A DNA stretch of 63,603 nucleotides, counting the filler, from Reticulomyxa filosa (Eukaryota; Protista; Foraminifera), in assembly GCA_000512085.1 (NCBI GenBank). It is 11 parts of 11 records of this genome, joined end to end, with 100 filler letters (N's around TTAATTAATTAA, not from the genome) between each part and the next. Parts side by side here need not be neighbours in the genome. Positions count along the whole stretch, not along the records: positions 18,027 to 24,463 come from ASPP01019500.1; positions 24,564 to 26,098 come from ASPP01044987.1; positions 26,199 to 33,550 come from ASPP01003354.1; positions 33,651 to 34,902 come from ASPP01006192.1; 7 more parts are not named here. One strand, given 5' to 3'. The translations under genes and the position numbers were made by a program. Position 1 is the stretch's first letter. Each line of letters starts with the position of its first letter. This document shows positions 22,880 to 34,902 of the stretch, one piece after another. The notes beneath the pieces are model-generated. The model made no database searches and was not told the DNA's origin. It saw nothing but the letters and a program-made list of their open reading frames with translations.

Positions 22880-23114
22880 TTAGGAAGTGTAAGAAAAGGG
22901 TATTCCTAACCGAGTATAGACTAAGAATAGAAAGAGTGATATGCGGTTGTTGTAATTGATGATAAGTGTTTCTTTTAAAGCCTTATCAAGGAAGTAAGAA
23001 CCAATCAATATTTTTCTGTGAATATCAAGTTTTTCCTGTTGAGTTTTTTTAGAGACTACAGCTTTTAGGATTTTTGCATTAATGGTATTCTTTTTTGTTT
23101 GAGCTTCGTAAAAA
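22880..23114 (-). pseudogene. TraD/mobilisation accessory protein remnant interrupted by IS3
   Basis: The minus strand reads KNTINAKILKAVVSKKTQQEKLDIHRKILIGSYFLDKA, like plasmid TraD/Mob small proteins (..DTRRKILIG.Y.LD.A). The start is lost at the IS end. Confidence 0.55.
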
Positions 23115-23417
23115 TGTCCTTGCCCCGTAAAATTGATGCAGAACTTGGTTAGTAAAAATAAAGCAAAAGAGCTAGCCTGGAATCAATAGCAAATGGAGAA
23201 AGATCGTGGGAAAAAAGAACCACAATAGTGAAGAAATTATAAGAATACTACGGCAAGGAGAAGTCTTACTTGGCCAAGTAAAAAGATTGAAGAGATATGT
23301 AAGGAATTGCAAATATCAGATGCAACGTATTATAAGTGGCGTAAAGAATATGGAGGCATGCAAGTATCGCAAGCAAAGCGGTTAAAGGCACTTGAACTTG
23401 AGAATTCCCGTTTGAAG
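23115..23417 (+). mobile_element. Truncated IS3-family (IS407-like) element: left IR plus frameshifted orfA
   Basis: TGTCCTTGCCCCGTAAAATTG left end. GTG at 23206 gives MGKKNHNSEEIIRILRQGEVLLGQ, then a frameshift near 23280, then KKIEEICKELQISDATYYKWRKEYGGMQVSQAKRLKALELENSRLK. No orfB. Confidence 0.88.
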
Positions 23418-23454
23418 TTAACTGCCGTACTTAATTGATATTGATTCTTCTTCA

Positions 23455-23602
23455 CTTCAAAGCTGCCTGTGCGGCAGTTAACCTCTTTGTTTTTCGTATT
23501 CATTCAAAATGTGCCTTCAAAGCTGCCTGTGCGGCAGTTAACTATAATAACCTTTATAGCATCCAGCCATTTATCTTCAAAGCTGCCTGTGCGGCAGTTA
23601 AC
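23455..23602 (-). CRISPR. Type I-F CRISPR array: three identical 28-bp repeats, two complete 32-bp spacers, plus a third spacer slot at 23423-23454
   Basis: GTTAACTGCCGCACAGGCAGCTTTGAAG (minus strand) at 23575-23602, 23515-23542 and 23455-23482; 60-bp period; CTGCC/GGCAG Cas6f stem. Confidence 0.98.
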
Positions 23603-23733
23603 CCAAGCATTTAAAGCTAGCAAGGTATATATATAGCGGCATTTTAAGTAATTTACCATAAAAACCATTATTTTTAGATATGCAATAAAAAGCCTGATTC
23701 CAGAGGCTTTCAAAATTACTAAAAAAATTTTGG
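23603..23733 (-). promoter_or_regulatory. CRISPR leader
   Basis: AT-rich non-coding 131 bp between the cas6f stop and the first repeat. Confidence 0.8.
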
Positions 23734-24306
23734 TTAAAAAAATGGTACCGTTGCATTATAACTTAAACCAAAAGTATCAAATCTACCCTTATGTTCTATT
23801 TTTTCTTTTTTAATCTCTATATATCTTCTGTATTTTTGTCCAGTTGAATAACTATATAACTCTAAATATGCATTAGATAAACTTCCCATACACATTTTAA
23901 TTTTATATTTCTTTATACCATCCGTCTTGATGGAGTTCCTTTTTCTTAATCTTCTCAGTTTAGCATTGCTCATATTTTGTTGTACGCGTGATATAATTCT
24001 ATACTCTTTAATTACCGAAGGTATAGATAATATATTGCTCAAGATACAATTTTGCTTTAAATCTGCTACTAACTGTAATGCCACTGATAACTTCTTTAAG
24101 CTCTCTTCGCTTGAATGTATTCTTAAAATTCTTCCAAGAGATTGATATCCATCTTCATATTTTATATATTGCGGAAAATCTATCCCTATATCACTTGAAT
24201 TCATCTCATATAAAATCTTGTGCACTTCATTACAAATATTGTTGCGCAATATATTCAAGCTTACTGTATTATTTGGCTTAATTGTGAGATCAATGTAGTG
24301 CCCCAT
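23734..24306 (-). CDS. cas6f: CRISPR endoribonuclease Cas6f (Csy4)
   Basis: HYIDLTIKP..VHKIL..IGIDFPQY..LGRILRIH..AKLRRLRKR..S.STGQ..GRFDTFGLS..ATVPFF. Likely start is ATG 24306. Confidence 0.96.
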   Translation of the reverse strand: MGHYIDLTIKPNNTVSLNILRNNICNEVHKILYEMNSSDIGIDFPQYIKYEDGYQSLGRILRIHSSEESLKKLSVALQLVADLKQNCILSNILSIPSVIKEYRIISRVQQNMSNAKLRRLRKRNSIKTDGIKKYKIKMCMGSLSNAYLELYSYSTGQKYRRYIEIKKEKIEHKGRFDTFGLSYNATVPFF

Positions 24307-24313
24307 ACTTAAC

Positions 24314-24463
24314 TCAAAGTCTAATGCTGTTAACATAAGCTAACCCCTTTTTGCCCAAATAAAAACTTGAAACACCTGCATATTCCATCAGCTTATATAT
24401 CTCCTCAGCTTTGCCTCTATCAATATTTAAGCTTATTTTTAGTTCTCCACTAGCTTTCTTAAG
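24314..24463 (-). CDS. cas5fv: C-terminal 49 aa of a Cas5-family protein, probably Cas5fv (type I-F2)
   Basis: Translates as [49 protein letters not shown], with the Cas5 Gly-rich loop (YLGKKG), directly upstream of cas6f. Confidence 0.78.
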   Translation of the reverse strand, partial: LKKASGELKISLNIDRGKAEEIYKLMEYAGVSSFYLGKKGLAYVNSIRL

Positions 24464-24985
24464 NNNNNNNNNNNNNNNNNNNNNNNNNNNNNNNNNNNNN
24501 NNNNNNNTTAATTAATTAANNNNNNNNNNNNNNNNNNNNNNNNNNNNNNNNNNNNNNNNNNNNAACTAAAGTTGGGAATTCTATATCTTGTCCAATTGAG
24601 TATTATTATTGTTATAATGGTTTCTGTTTTCTTGAATTTTGTTTCTTCGAAAATTTTCAAAAATGAATAAAATATTCAAATTTTTTAAACAATTAGGAAA
24701 GATTTAATAAAAAACCAAAATGATATTTAAAAAGTACACGATTTGTAGATATTTTTTAAAAAAAATTAGGTCTGAATGTTGTTTTTTCATGAAGAAAATC
24801 AATCATCTCTATAAGGTGCCGTTTTAGTATCAACTTTACTTTGCATTATACTGTAGTTTCAAAAATTTTTCGATGCAAGGAAAAAAGCTCAAAAGAATTA
24901 TCAAATCCAGAACTCCGTCTTTTTCAAATATCACAATAATCAGTATATATTAAATATATTTTATTTCAATACTTAGATCTTTATC

Positions 24986-25998
24986 TTAACAACTGTAGGC
25001 AACTAAAATTTTAGCTTCAAAGTTATTTTTAGAAAAAAACAGAAAATTGATTAGATTGAAGACAAATTCTTCAATATCATCATTTTTATCTTCTTCTTTT
25101 TTGTTGGAAAGTTTGTCGTTATTTCCTTGTAATGATTTGGTTAATCCATTATATTGTTTTTCTTTTTGAATGAAATTATTTTTGATAATTTCAATATCAG
25201 CATGAAGTTTGAGTAATTCTTGTTGCGATTCTTTTTGAATTGTTTTCATTTCTTGTTGAAGTTGTTCATTTTCTTTCTTCAATGTAATATTCTCATTCGT
25301 CAACTTTAAATTCTTTTCATTCAACTAAACTTGCAATTTCAATTGTTGATTCTCTTCCTATTCTACTTTTATTATGTCGTTTTATTTAAACATTTTACTT
25401 AAAAAAAAAAGTAAACTTGTAAAGTTTGAATAAATTTGACAGTCAAATCAAAATGTAATTTGGATTGTGAAGATAAATGATCACTTAATTTATGTTTGGG
25501 ACAACTGTGTTCACATCCAAATTGTTTATACCGACAATCTGATCTTTGTAAGGTACAGTCATTGTCTAAGTGATTGCTCAAATCTTTAATTTTTCCTTTG
25601 AAATCACATATTACCTTTTCATTTCTTTGTTGTCTTTCTTGCAAGTCCTGTTGGAATTGTAGTGGGCATATTATTTTCAAATTACCGATGAATCGCTTTG
25701 CCACACCACACCGAAAATATATGAAATTGTCATGAGGTTGAATTGGACATGAATTTGGATTGATTTTCAAAAATTGTTCCAAACAATTTTCATCAACAAC
25801 AGGAATTTCATCCATATCTTCGTGTTGTGGATTTCAATAGGTTAGTTTGCAATCTGTTTGCAAAAAAACAAGTAAATGGTTCAAATTGTTCTGGTTGATT
25901 AAATTGTAATATCCAATTTTTGTCGAGGCAGGACTGTCTAGCAGAACTGGGGTCATTCCAGTTGTTTCTTTTCTTTTTTCGTCTTCTAATCCATTCAT
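24986..25998 (-). pseudogene. TRAF-like zinc-finger / coiled-coil gene, disrupted
   Basis: SCLDKNWILQFNQ..FTC, VVDENCLEQFL..CPIQPH, ICPLQF, CDFKGKIKDL..HLDNDC, CRYKQFGCEHSC; frame breaks in the 5' part. Confidence 0.7.
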
Positions 25999-26198
25999 CT
26001 TTTTTCACAACTTTTTTTAGTTTCAAAAGCTTTTTAGCACTTTTCAAAGTTATTAATTTTGTAGAGTTTTTTGTTAAAGTATTTTCTGAAAAAGGAGANN
26101 NNNNNNNNNNNNNNNNNNNNNNNNNNNNNNNNNNNNNNNNNNTTAATTAATTAANNNNNNNNNNNNNNNNNNNNNNNNNNNNNNNNNNNNNNNNNNNN

Positions 26199-26676
26199 GA
26201 TTTGGTATGGCTCCATCTTTGATTGCAGAATACGTAATGACGTATACATACGGATTAAAATGTGTCCGCTTTTGGGCCGAATCTGATGGAGAAGAGGGTA
26301 AACTTTGGAGTGAAGATGATGGTCGATATGTGTATGAGGAAGGTTTTGAAATATTTGTTCGCAAAGGCACCAAAATGAATGTGCATGACCCTCCAAAGTT
26401 GCAATATTTCCAACCTCTTAATAAAGGTGACAAAGAAGTCACTATTGAGATCCATCAGAGCAACGAAGAAGACCCAAACGATGTACTGAAGACACTTTTT
26501 GTGCTCGGGCCACCTTTAAGCTACCAAATGATTGGTGGGAAGGGCCCGATGTCGAAACCAAAGAAATCCCAATTGCTTTCTTTTTCAACCGAGCTGAAAT
26601 TCAAGTTAAGGTTGAATTGGAAAATTATCCGGACAAAGAAAGATTTATTAAGATCGATTGGCTGAAGGGAATGTAA
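26199..26676 (+). CDS. C-terminal fragment of an HSPA12-like Hsp70 (frameshift near 26478)
   Basis: APSLIAEYVMTYTYGLK..FEIFVRKG..F.PL..VTIEIHQSNEEDP; parallels the C-terminus of the 48889-51396 gene. Confidence 0.6.
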
Positions 26677-27179
26677 ACTCGAATTCCAAACTTTCTTTTT
26701 TTTTTTTTAAGGCGTTTTGAGTTGATGTTTGATAAGAAACATTCGATCGCCTTTCAATTGGGTTGGCATTCTACGTTTCTTTTGCACAATGCGTGTTTGT
26801 GTGAGACATATGGAATCTTGTCCACATTTTTAAAAGCTGTTTACAACCCTTTTCAACCAAAAACAAGTAAATTTGAAGAAGTTTTTCATTAAAAAAAATG
26901 ACAAGGGATATCAATCCTTTCAAGGATGCTTTTTTATTCGCTAAAACACCAAAAAAAAAAAAAACAATGACCAATATTTTCAGCATAAAATAAATACGCT
27001 TTTTTTTTTTTTTGCTTGGCATATTTCTTTTATCGAGCGGACAGTTTTTGTTTTGTTTTCGGTAATCGTTCCACTCAGCAAAAATGTAAGTCCGGATAGA
27101 TACGTAAAAATTTAATACATTTGCACATTTGACAATATACGTATTTTCAAAGAATATTTTGATCAAAACGAGAAAAGCT

Positions 27180-30100
27180 GATGGGGCCATTTTGTTTTTA
27201 TGCCAGCAAAAATCGCACAGCTTTGATACGTTCAATAAACCAAACATTGCAAAGACTACTAACTCATAAAATTTCCAAACTTGAAATGCTTCGTTGGGGC
27301 TTACGGGTCGTTGGCACTCTTCGACTTTTCGCCCTGAAGTTCCACTTCAGAGTACTCTATTCCAATCTAAAAAAAGACTTAAGTCTCTCAAAGTAAGTGC
27401 AGAATGACCTATTCTTATAACAGACATATCCAAAGTTTAAAAGACAAGGGCTTTGTCAAGAAAAGTTCCGCTTGTGAAACTGAAATATACACTCGTTCAT
27501 GGAGCGAATACAGTGTGAAAGTGTTAAGTGTAAAAAATAGTATGTGATGTTTTGTTTTTTAACTTCTCTTTTTGTTTTTGGAGTGGCTCTTATTTTCATA
27601 TTCTTTGTTTAAAAATAATTGATAACATAAAGTATTTTGGAAGATAATTTTCTAAAGAGTTCACCTTTCATCATAATTAGTCCATCACAAATTCATTGGC
27701 GCTTAGATTCAAGAGGCAATGTGAACATTACAGATTTATGGGACAATGGCCGTATGCTCGTGGGGGATGTTGTGGAAAGAGTTTTAAATGATCTAAAATC
27801 AATGCCAAAAAAGGAGGTTAAATTATTTTTATTTGTTTATATGTTTAAAATGCATCATAGAAGCAAAAAATATGAAATACAATAAATATTCTTTGTTTCA
27901 TTTGATAGTCTGAAGTTACGATACGAAGTTCGTCAGCGATATCAGTGAGAGAGTTGAGCAAGCTTTTTTCAGATCCAAAAGTTGAGTATTGCTGCTTTTA
28001 AAATCTGGAGTCTCTTATTCAAATGACTAAAATAAAAACAGATGAGGTGGACGAAAAGTGACGATACAATAGAGCCAGCTTTTGTTCTCAAAGAAGGTTC
28101 ATATGAAAATTTTTTTCAAACGCGCCATGGATGCTTTAGTGTTTCGAACTATGATTTGTCCAAACGATTTGTGGATATTGAGGTATTTTATCCTTTTTTT
28201 AAGTTTTTTTATTTTTTGAAATACATTGACTCACTCCATTTCATCATTGCATTATTTCATCGTTAGACAAACGACTCTCCTGAAGTGTTGAAAAAGGTTA
28301 TTCGATCTTTGGTGTCGTATTACGTCAAATCGATGTCCTCTCAAGGAGTTTAGTTTATTTTAATTTTTTTAAAAAAGGGATATAATCATTTTGTGAAAAG
28401 TGGCATATAAAAAAAAAGTTGTCAATAGGAACATTAGTGTCTTACGAAGCTGAGGAAAGTGGATGGATTACAACCTCAAAGTATACAAAAACTGCTCGAA
28501 TAAGTAATTTCTTTGCAAACGGAGAAAAAGTTCAAGTGAGATTGAATGACTATTCCTGCCATCATCCGAGTGCTCTTACTGTTTCGTTTGTATCTCTTTT
28601 TTTTTTTCTTCTCTCTCTCAATTGGAAATGAAACGTGAGTGATAAACTGTATAGGTGGTTCCAGAGCATTTAACCTCTCTATTTTCTCAAGTTATTTTCG
28701 ACAATGATATCATTTTGTTATTGTGTTTGTAATGAACAAGATAAAACAACTGTGTGTATGTATTTTTGTGATATAGACGAAATTGAAAGAAAGCGAGTTA
28801 GTTGTCTAATATTAAAAAAAAAAAAAATAGAGCTTGAATTTTTTCTACGTACCTGCCACTCAAAATAATCTAAAAAAAAACAACAACAGAACTTTGAATA
28901 CTTTGCGCAGTACCATTCGGGAACGTGAGGATACCATTTCAAAGTTGGATATGCAAGTCAAAGACTATATGCAAAAGCTGAATGAGGCCAGCAGGTTTCT
29001 TATTTATCACACTCCAACACAAAAAAACCAACAAAAAAAAAAATACAAGTAGGTATGCACTACATTTTTGCAATGTTTGTGTGTGTGTGTGTGAATCTCA
29101 AACAAGCAAACTTGAAAAGTCGTCCCAACAAATCAAAACATTCGCAGAAGAAAATACAACGCACAAAAGCAAGATCAATTCATTGAGTACAGACAACTCG
29201 ACGATGTCTGATGAAATTGAACTTTGCAAATACGAAAACAATTCACTCAAAGAGTTTAGTATCTTAAGCAACACTCCATATTTTTTAATGAATCGGATAG
29301 AGGGAAACAAACACAAAAGCAGCTTACGCATATAAATATATGTACAAATAAATATATGATGTAATGAATACGTGATTAAAAATGGTACAACATATTGAAG
29401 AACAAATGCACAATTGTCGCAAGAGGTGAAACAATTGAGAGGAAGAATTCGTGAGTTGACAATTGGAGTTGGAATTGAAAGTGAATTTCCACCAGTGAAT
29501 AAGATAGTAGAAAATTATGAAGCGATAAGCAGTAATTATCGATTGAAATTAACGAGTGCAATAATAAAGCAATTAAAAAGTGATGAAAAGCTAACAAAGA
29601 AATTTGAAGTGACATTTTTGGCAAGATTTGCACATTGTGTGTCATTCACAATATTAAGATTATCTTATGAATTCATACAATCATATTGGAGTGATCAATT
29701 ATCACTTTTGCAAACTACATTTGGATTCAATAAAGAAACCGCACAAAGATATTTTCAAACAATATTCCAAGAACAATTCAATGCTTCTTTTATCAAATTG
29801 CATCTTCAAGGAAAAACATTTGTTCATTCTAATCTGAAACTACAACTCATCAAAGAACATTCGTCTTTTCGTTCAATTTATGAAACAATTCAAGAGAATG
29901 AAGGAGAAGAAAAAGATGGTGAAGAAGAAAATAAAACAAATGAAAATAAAGATAAACTAATTGAATCATGTTTACGAAGTATGTGGAGTTGTTTATTATC
30001 AAGACCTTCATTGAAACCTTATCCTTTATTTTTCACTTCCAATCCTCAACTGAATGACGAAATTCAGTCCAAACATACTAATATTAGTAAAGAGCGATTA

Positions 30101-31270
30101 GGAAAAGATAGAGACTGTGATCAGATTGGTTATATCACTTGGCCGACTTTGCTTCGATGTGACACCAATGAAGCGCTGAATGTTCCTATTTCTGCGTGCT
30201 ATGCTCGATTAGTCCAAACAGATGTAGTGCTTGGAGATGATGACAACAAAGAAAAGAATGACCGCAGAAGAAATGGGAACAAGAAAAACAGAGACCATAA
30301 AAGAGATAGCTATACAAATGGTGTCACTCATGAAGAAGGGCACAGTGATGAGGTAAGGAATCCCGGAGCTATTAATTCTGAAGGCACGAATGAAAGTAAT
30401 AATTTTGATTCTAATACCTTTGAACAGACGTACAGCAAGAATGATGTTGACATACTTTCTTTGGCTTCAGAAGTTTTTGCTCAAACATTTTCCAACGATT
30501 CAAAGATTGACAATAATATTGAAAAGGTTACATTTGCGCAACAAATAAATATTTATACATATGTACATATACATATATATATATATATATTTATTTATTG
30601 AATTATAAAATATGACTCCATTGTGAATAAATAGATGAGTGAAGAAAATGGAGTAGTGCTGTCAAATGGAAATGCTCACGAATCTGAGGGAAAGGAAGAC
30701 ACAAAAATTGACGAAGCACAGCAAACTGAAAAATCATCTTTATTGGATGATTGGATTAAAGAGTATGAGCAAATGCAAGATATAAGATTCTCAGTTTTGT
30801 TTTTTTTTAATAAGATTGATTGCTATGATCTTATTTTTTTTCTTGTTTTTTTTTTTGGGACAGTCATTTGAGCGCATTAAAAAAATATTGGTCTATCGCA
30901 TGCGTAATTGGGATACGGAGACTGCCATCGAATGGTCGAACCGCGTGGTATTTTATATTGCTGATTGCGCCTATCAAATTGCATCGAATAAAGAAATTGT
31001 TGATGAGAAATATGTGTCGACATATATTGTCGATTTATTCGTGGAAAAAAACGAAAGTGTTGCATCAACGCTACAAAAAATGGCAAAGTTTTGTAAAGAA
31101 ACAAAATTTTTCCTATTTCTGATAAGAATATTATTAACCAAAAACAATGTATAGTCATCCTTTCAAGAGGTAATCACTTCGTATGGATGTGCGCTGTATA
31201 AGTTATTCCAAAAAGGATTGCAAATCGAACCAGATTTGGTATTACGCCACAGAAATTTTTTCCCTGAAGA
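27180..31270 (+). CDS. Multi-exon coiled-coil protein with a possible Mieap-like C-terminal module
   Basis: Series of + strand exons. The large exon 29414-30601 contains CLRSMWSCLLSRPSL...IGYITWPTL. Boundaries are approximate. Confidence 0.45.
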
Positions 31271-32475
31271 TGAAAGTGATGTGAAGGTAATGGATTGAAA
31301 AAAAAGGAAAATCTAAAGGAAAGATAGTTTACTTTATTTGGTCTGGTGTTGGTGTGATTTCTAATCCCCCCTGTTAAACCTTTGTCCAATTCCATTGCTC
31401 ACTGTTCCTAATAGGAATTGTTTTTTTTTTTTTTTTTTGATTACTTCACAACGTTTTTCAAGTTTTCAGTTTACATTGGTTTTTACCTCAGCTAAGAAAA
31501 TTGGCTCTGTTTCTCGCACAGTGCAATTGAATGATCCTGTTAACACTTAGTAAAGACAAATAAGTATTCGACAATGTTGGCACGACTTTCATCGTGTTTT
31601 GCTTTCGCTAAAACCAAGCTTTTAAAGGATTGGAAATACAACTTGGACAAAAGTAAATGAAAAAAATAAACAAGGCCAAAAAAATCCAAAGTTGATTGAA
31701 CGTTGTCAAACATGTTAAAGGATGCTCTTCTCTTTAAATGTGTAAATTTGGTGCCCAATTCAACGTTTCTGTTTTGTGAAGCCGAACAGGACAGAAATTG
31801 CTCTATTATTTATATTTTATAAGTCGAAATGTTTAAGAAGTTTTGGCGTGACATCATTGTTTATTGCTTAATTAATGAAGGAACAAATCGAAAAGGGACA
31901 AAGTAGTCATGAAAAGACAAACTGTCTAATCTTTGTTTTTTTTAAGCCTTCTTTTATATATTCTATTTGTCTTCATTGAACATTTATATGAAAGCAAGCT
32001 GCCTTTTGATTACATTCACCAGCTTTTAAATCTCACTACGTTATTTTTGTTGGTGATGAGTGTTTGCATTAACATGCATTTCTTATTGTTAAGTCAAAAT
32101 GACTACACCTGTTCATGCAAAAAACGTAAAAGTTTTTGCTAACTTTTAATGGCTCAAATTTACAAGTGCAAGACTAAGAGACAAGAACATACAACGCCAA
32201 ACGAAAGAATAGAGGAGAAAAATGCAAGTCAAGTGCAAGTTAGGTGTTAAAATCATTTTTTGTTTGAATTTTTTCCCCTTTGTTGAACTCGCACTCTCGC
32301 ACAGGATAGTACTGGAGCCAGTGAAACAAACGCAAGCCAACTAAAAGAAAATAATCTTTGGGATAAAGTTTTTGTTCATTTTTAGATTAAATATATTTTT
32401 ACCGTTGTCGTATTATAATATGCGAAATTTTTTGTTTTGTTGTTGGAACAACAAAGTTTCGTTTTTATAAGCAGA

Positions 32476-33550
32476 ATGGCAGTACACAAAGAGAGCTTGT
32501 GTTTATTGAAAAAGAGGATCCATTTGTGGATGGTAAAGAAATTAAAGGTGGATTAATCGTGCAAACGATGAAAGGAAAATATTTATATATCACTCCTGAA
32601 GGCAAATCATTGACACAAATGGTTTTTCACATTTACTTTTGCACTCCGTTTTTTGAAAGATGTAAGAATTTTATATCTCTCTTACAACAAATGAAACATA
32701 CAGGTCCATGGCCCAACTGACGAAAACATGATTGCTCTTCATAATTTTTGCACGCAATATATGGTGCCTAGAACAGTTGCATACTTTTTTTTTCTCTATC
32801 TTTTTCTCCAATGCTTTTTAAAATGAAAATAAAAAAACATACACACAAATGCAAACCATGGAATGAACAAAAGTTGATGAAGGGTAAAAGGATGGTTACC
32901 CATGTTGACACTAATTGCAATTATTTTTAAAAAAAAAACAATCGACTACGCTTGCCTATGTAAAGGAATTGTCTGTAAGAGAAGGAAAGATTTACGCCTG
33001 GACAGATACTAACAAACGCGCGCTGATAGTAGAAAATGAATCAGAGGTATGTTGATACACGAGAAATATTTATATCTTTTTTTTTCCCTTCCCTCTTCCA
33101 AGAATAATATTAACTCAACAATATAAAATCAAACCAAAAAAAAAAGCATGAAAATGAACAGTGTTGGATTAATGCAGTTTCGACCAAAACAAAACAAAAG
33201 AAAACAAAATTTGACTTGAAAAAATGTTTGATGATTGTGATGGTTGTGCGTTATAACTACAGAGTCTGCCATTGGCTGATAAAAATCTCGAAATCAATAA
33301 TGAAATTGCAGATTTGAGCGAAAAATTAAACCAGGCCGAGGTGATAATTAAAAAAAACAACACTGAAATTGGCAATTTAGCAGCATCCAATAAAAGTGAG
33401 AAGGAAAAAAATGAACAACTAAAACAAGCAAATATTTGGGAAGAAAAATACAAAGAGGGAATAAAATATATTGAGTCTTTGGAAAAAGAGAACAACAAAC
33501 AGATACAGCAAATCAACGCCCACAAAGGGGAAATTGAACAACATCTCAGA
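32476..33550 (+). CDS. Partial spliced hypothetical coiled-coil protein
   Basis: Short exons, then a heptad-rich exon at 33272-33550 truncated by the contig end. Confidence 0.4.
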
Positions 33551-33650
33551 NNNNNNNNNNNNNNNNNNNNNNNNNNNNNNNNNNNNNNNNNNNNTTAATT
33601 AATTAANNNNNNNNNNNNNNNNNNNNNNNNNNNNNNNNNNNNNNNNNNNN

Positions 33651-33820
33651 GACCGGACGCGTCCGGGTGCAGCGTCAGCAACCAGGCAAACAGCGTCAGG
33701 CTGGCCGCCGCCGGCAGCAGCACCCACACCGACGCCCCCTGCTTCAGCCACAGCCACGGCAAATAGCAACCGATGATTTCGGCCAAGGCAGTCACGGACA
33801 AACAGGGCAAAGGTACGCAT
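33651..33820 (-). CDS. ynfA: YnfA (UPF0060) small membrane protein, partial, with a 1-nt frameshift
   Basis: [56 protein letters not shown]. Confidence 0.9.
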
Positions 33821-33984
33821 GGGGCTTGTGTTCCGGTGGTGCGGGAAGGTGGCGGAAAATGGCCGCGCCGTGTAGCGGCGGCGGCCTAGGACTGACTGAA
33901 AACCGGCATGCCATGCGGTTTTATTCAAGAACAGGTCGACACGCCTGAGTAAGCTGGCGTCTCTAATCACAGGGAACCACTACC

Positions 33985-34443
33985 ATGCGTATCGACTATT
34001 ATGCCTTTGCTGCACCGGCCATGAAGATCATGATGGCGCAAGAAAGCTACCTGCATGAACAGTTTGCACGGTCTGACACCTTGACGCTTGCAACCTGGGA
34101 GCTGGTCAAGCTGCGGGTTTCACAGATTAACCAGTGTGCTTTTTGCCTTGACCTGCACAGCAATGAGGCATTGGAGGGCGGAGAAAGTTACACGCGCATC
34201 ATAGGCTTGAGTGCTTGGCGCGATATGCCGATATACAGTTCCACTGAACGTGCAGCACTGAGCTGGGCCGAGTTAGTCACATCCGGTCAACGTATTGAGG
34301 ATCAGCACTTTGACGATGCGAAAGCAACGCTAGGCGAGCAGGCCGTGGTGGAGCTGACCATTGCGGTCAATGCCATTAATAGCTGGAATCGTTTGGTGAA
34401 GGCATTCAAACCCGAGGTAACCAGCCATAACAAACCGCGTTAA
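33985..34443 (+). CDS. Carboxymuconolactone decarboxylase / AhpD-like protein
   Basis: ELVKLRVSQINQCAFCLDLH (CxxC..H), ERAALSWAE, INSWNR. Confidence 0.92.
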   Translation: MRIDYYAFAAPAMKIMMAQESYLHEQFARSDTLTLATWELVKLRVSQINQCAFCLDLHSNEALEGGESYTRIIGLSAWRDMPIYSSTERAALSWAELVTSGQRIEDQHFDDAKATLGEQAVVELTIAVNAINSWNRLVKAFKPEVTSHNKPR

Positions 34444-34448
34444 ATCCA

Positions 34449-34902
34449 GTGCGTTCGACTTCAAGCTGCGCAAGCCTGACAAGCAGCTTGAAGCCGTGGT
34501 ACAGGCCGTATGGTCTGCTGCGGTATGCGCCGATCACCCCGGGCCGGTTATCAGACGCCTTTACTCTGATGCCAGCAGCGGTATTTTGTTTGCACTGGCC
34601 GGCAAGATCGAGATTAATGATATTGGCTTACCGCACGGGGTAATTCTGTGCCCGGTGGCTAAATCATCCGGCGAGGTGACGCTATACCCCGGTTCTCGCC
34701 TAGCTGGTATCCGCTTTCATCCGGCAACAGCGTATGGTGTTCTTGGCCAGCACTATGAAGACATGACGCGGCTTGCCCCTGCCGACGATCACCGTCATGC
34801 GCTGTATTCTCTCTACCAGCAACTGTCGGATTGTGACGATACGCACAGCCACCTTGAGCTACTCAGCCACTGGGCGGAGGTGCATCTTGTTTTACGGCAA
34901 CT
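34449..34902 (+). CDS. AraC-family regulator, N-terminal part (partial, frameshifted)
   Basis: LKP../VQAVWS..LYSDASSGILF..LAGIRFHP..GVLG is typical of the N-terminal domain of this AraC subgroup; the HTH would lie beyond the contig end. Confidence 0.7.

Noticed and set aside
23504-23713. 69-aa ORF with repeated VNCRTGSFE
   Set aside because: It is a translation of the CRISPR repeats and leader.
18027-24463. CRISPR-associated transposon (Tn7-like CAST) or a eukaryote-encoded CRISPR
   Set aside because: No tnsABC/tniQ or Tn7 ends are visible. The contig is wholly bacterial in architecture and unlinked to host DNA.
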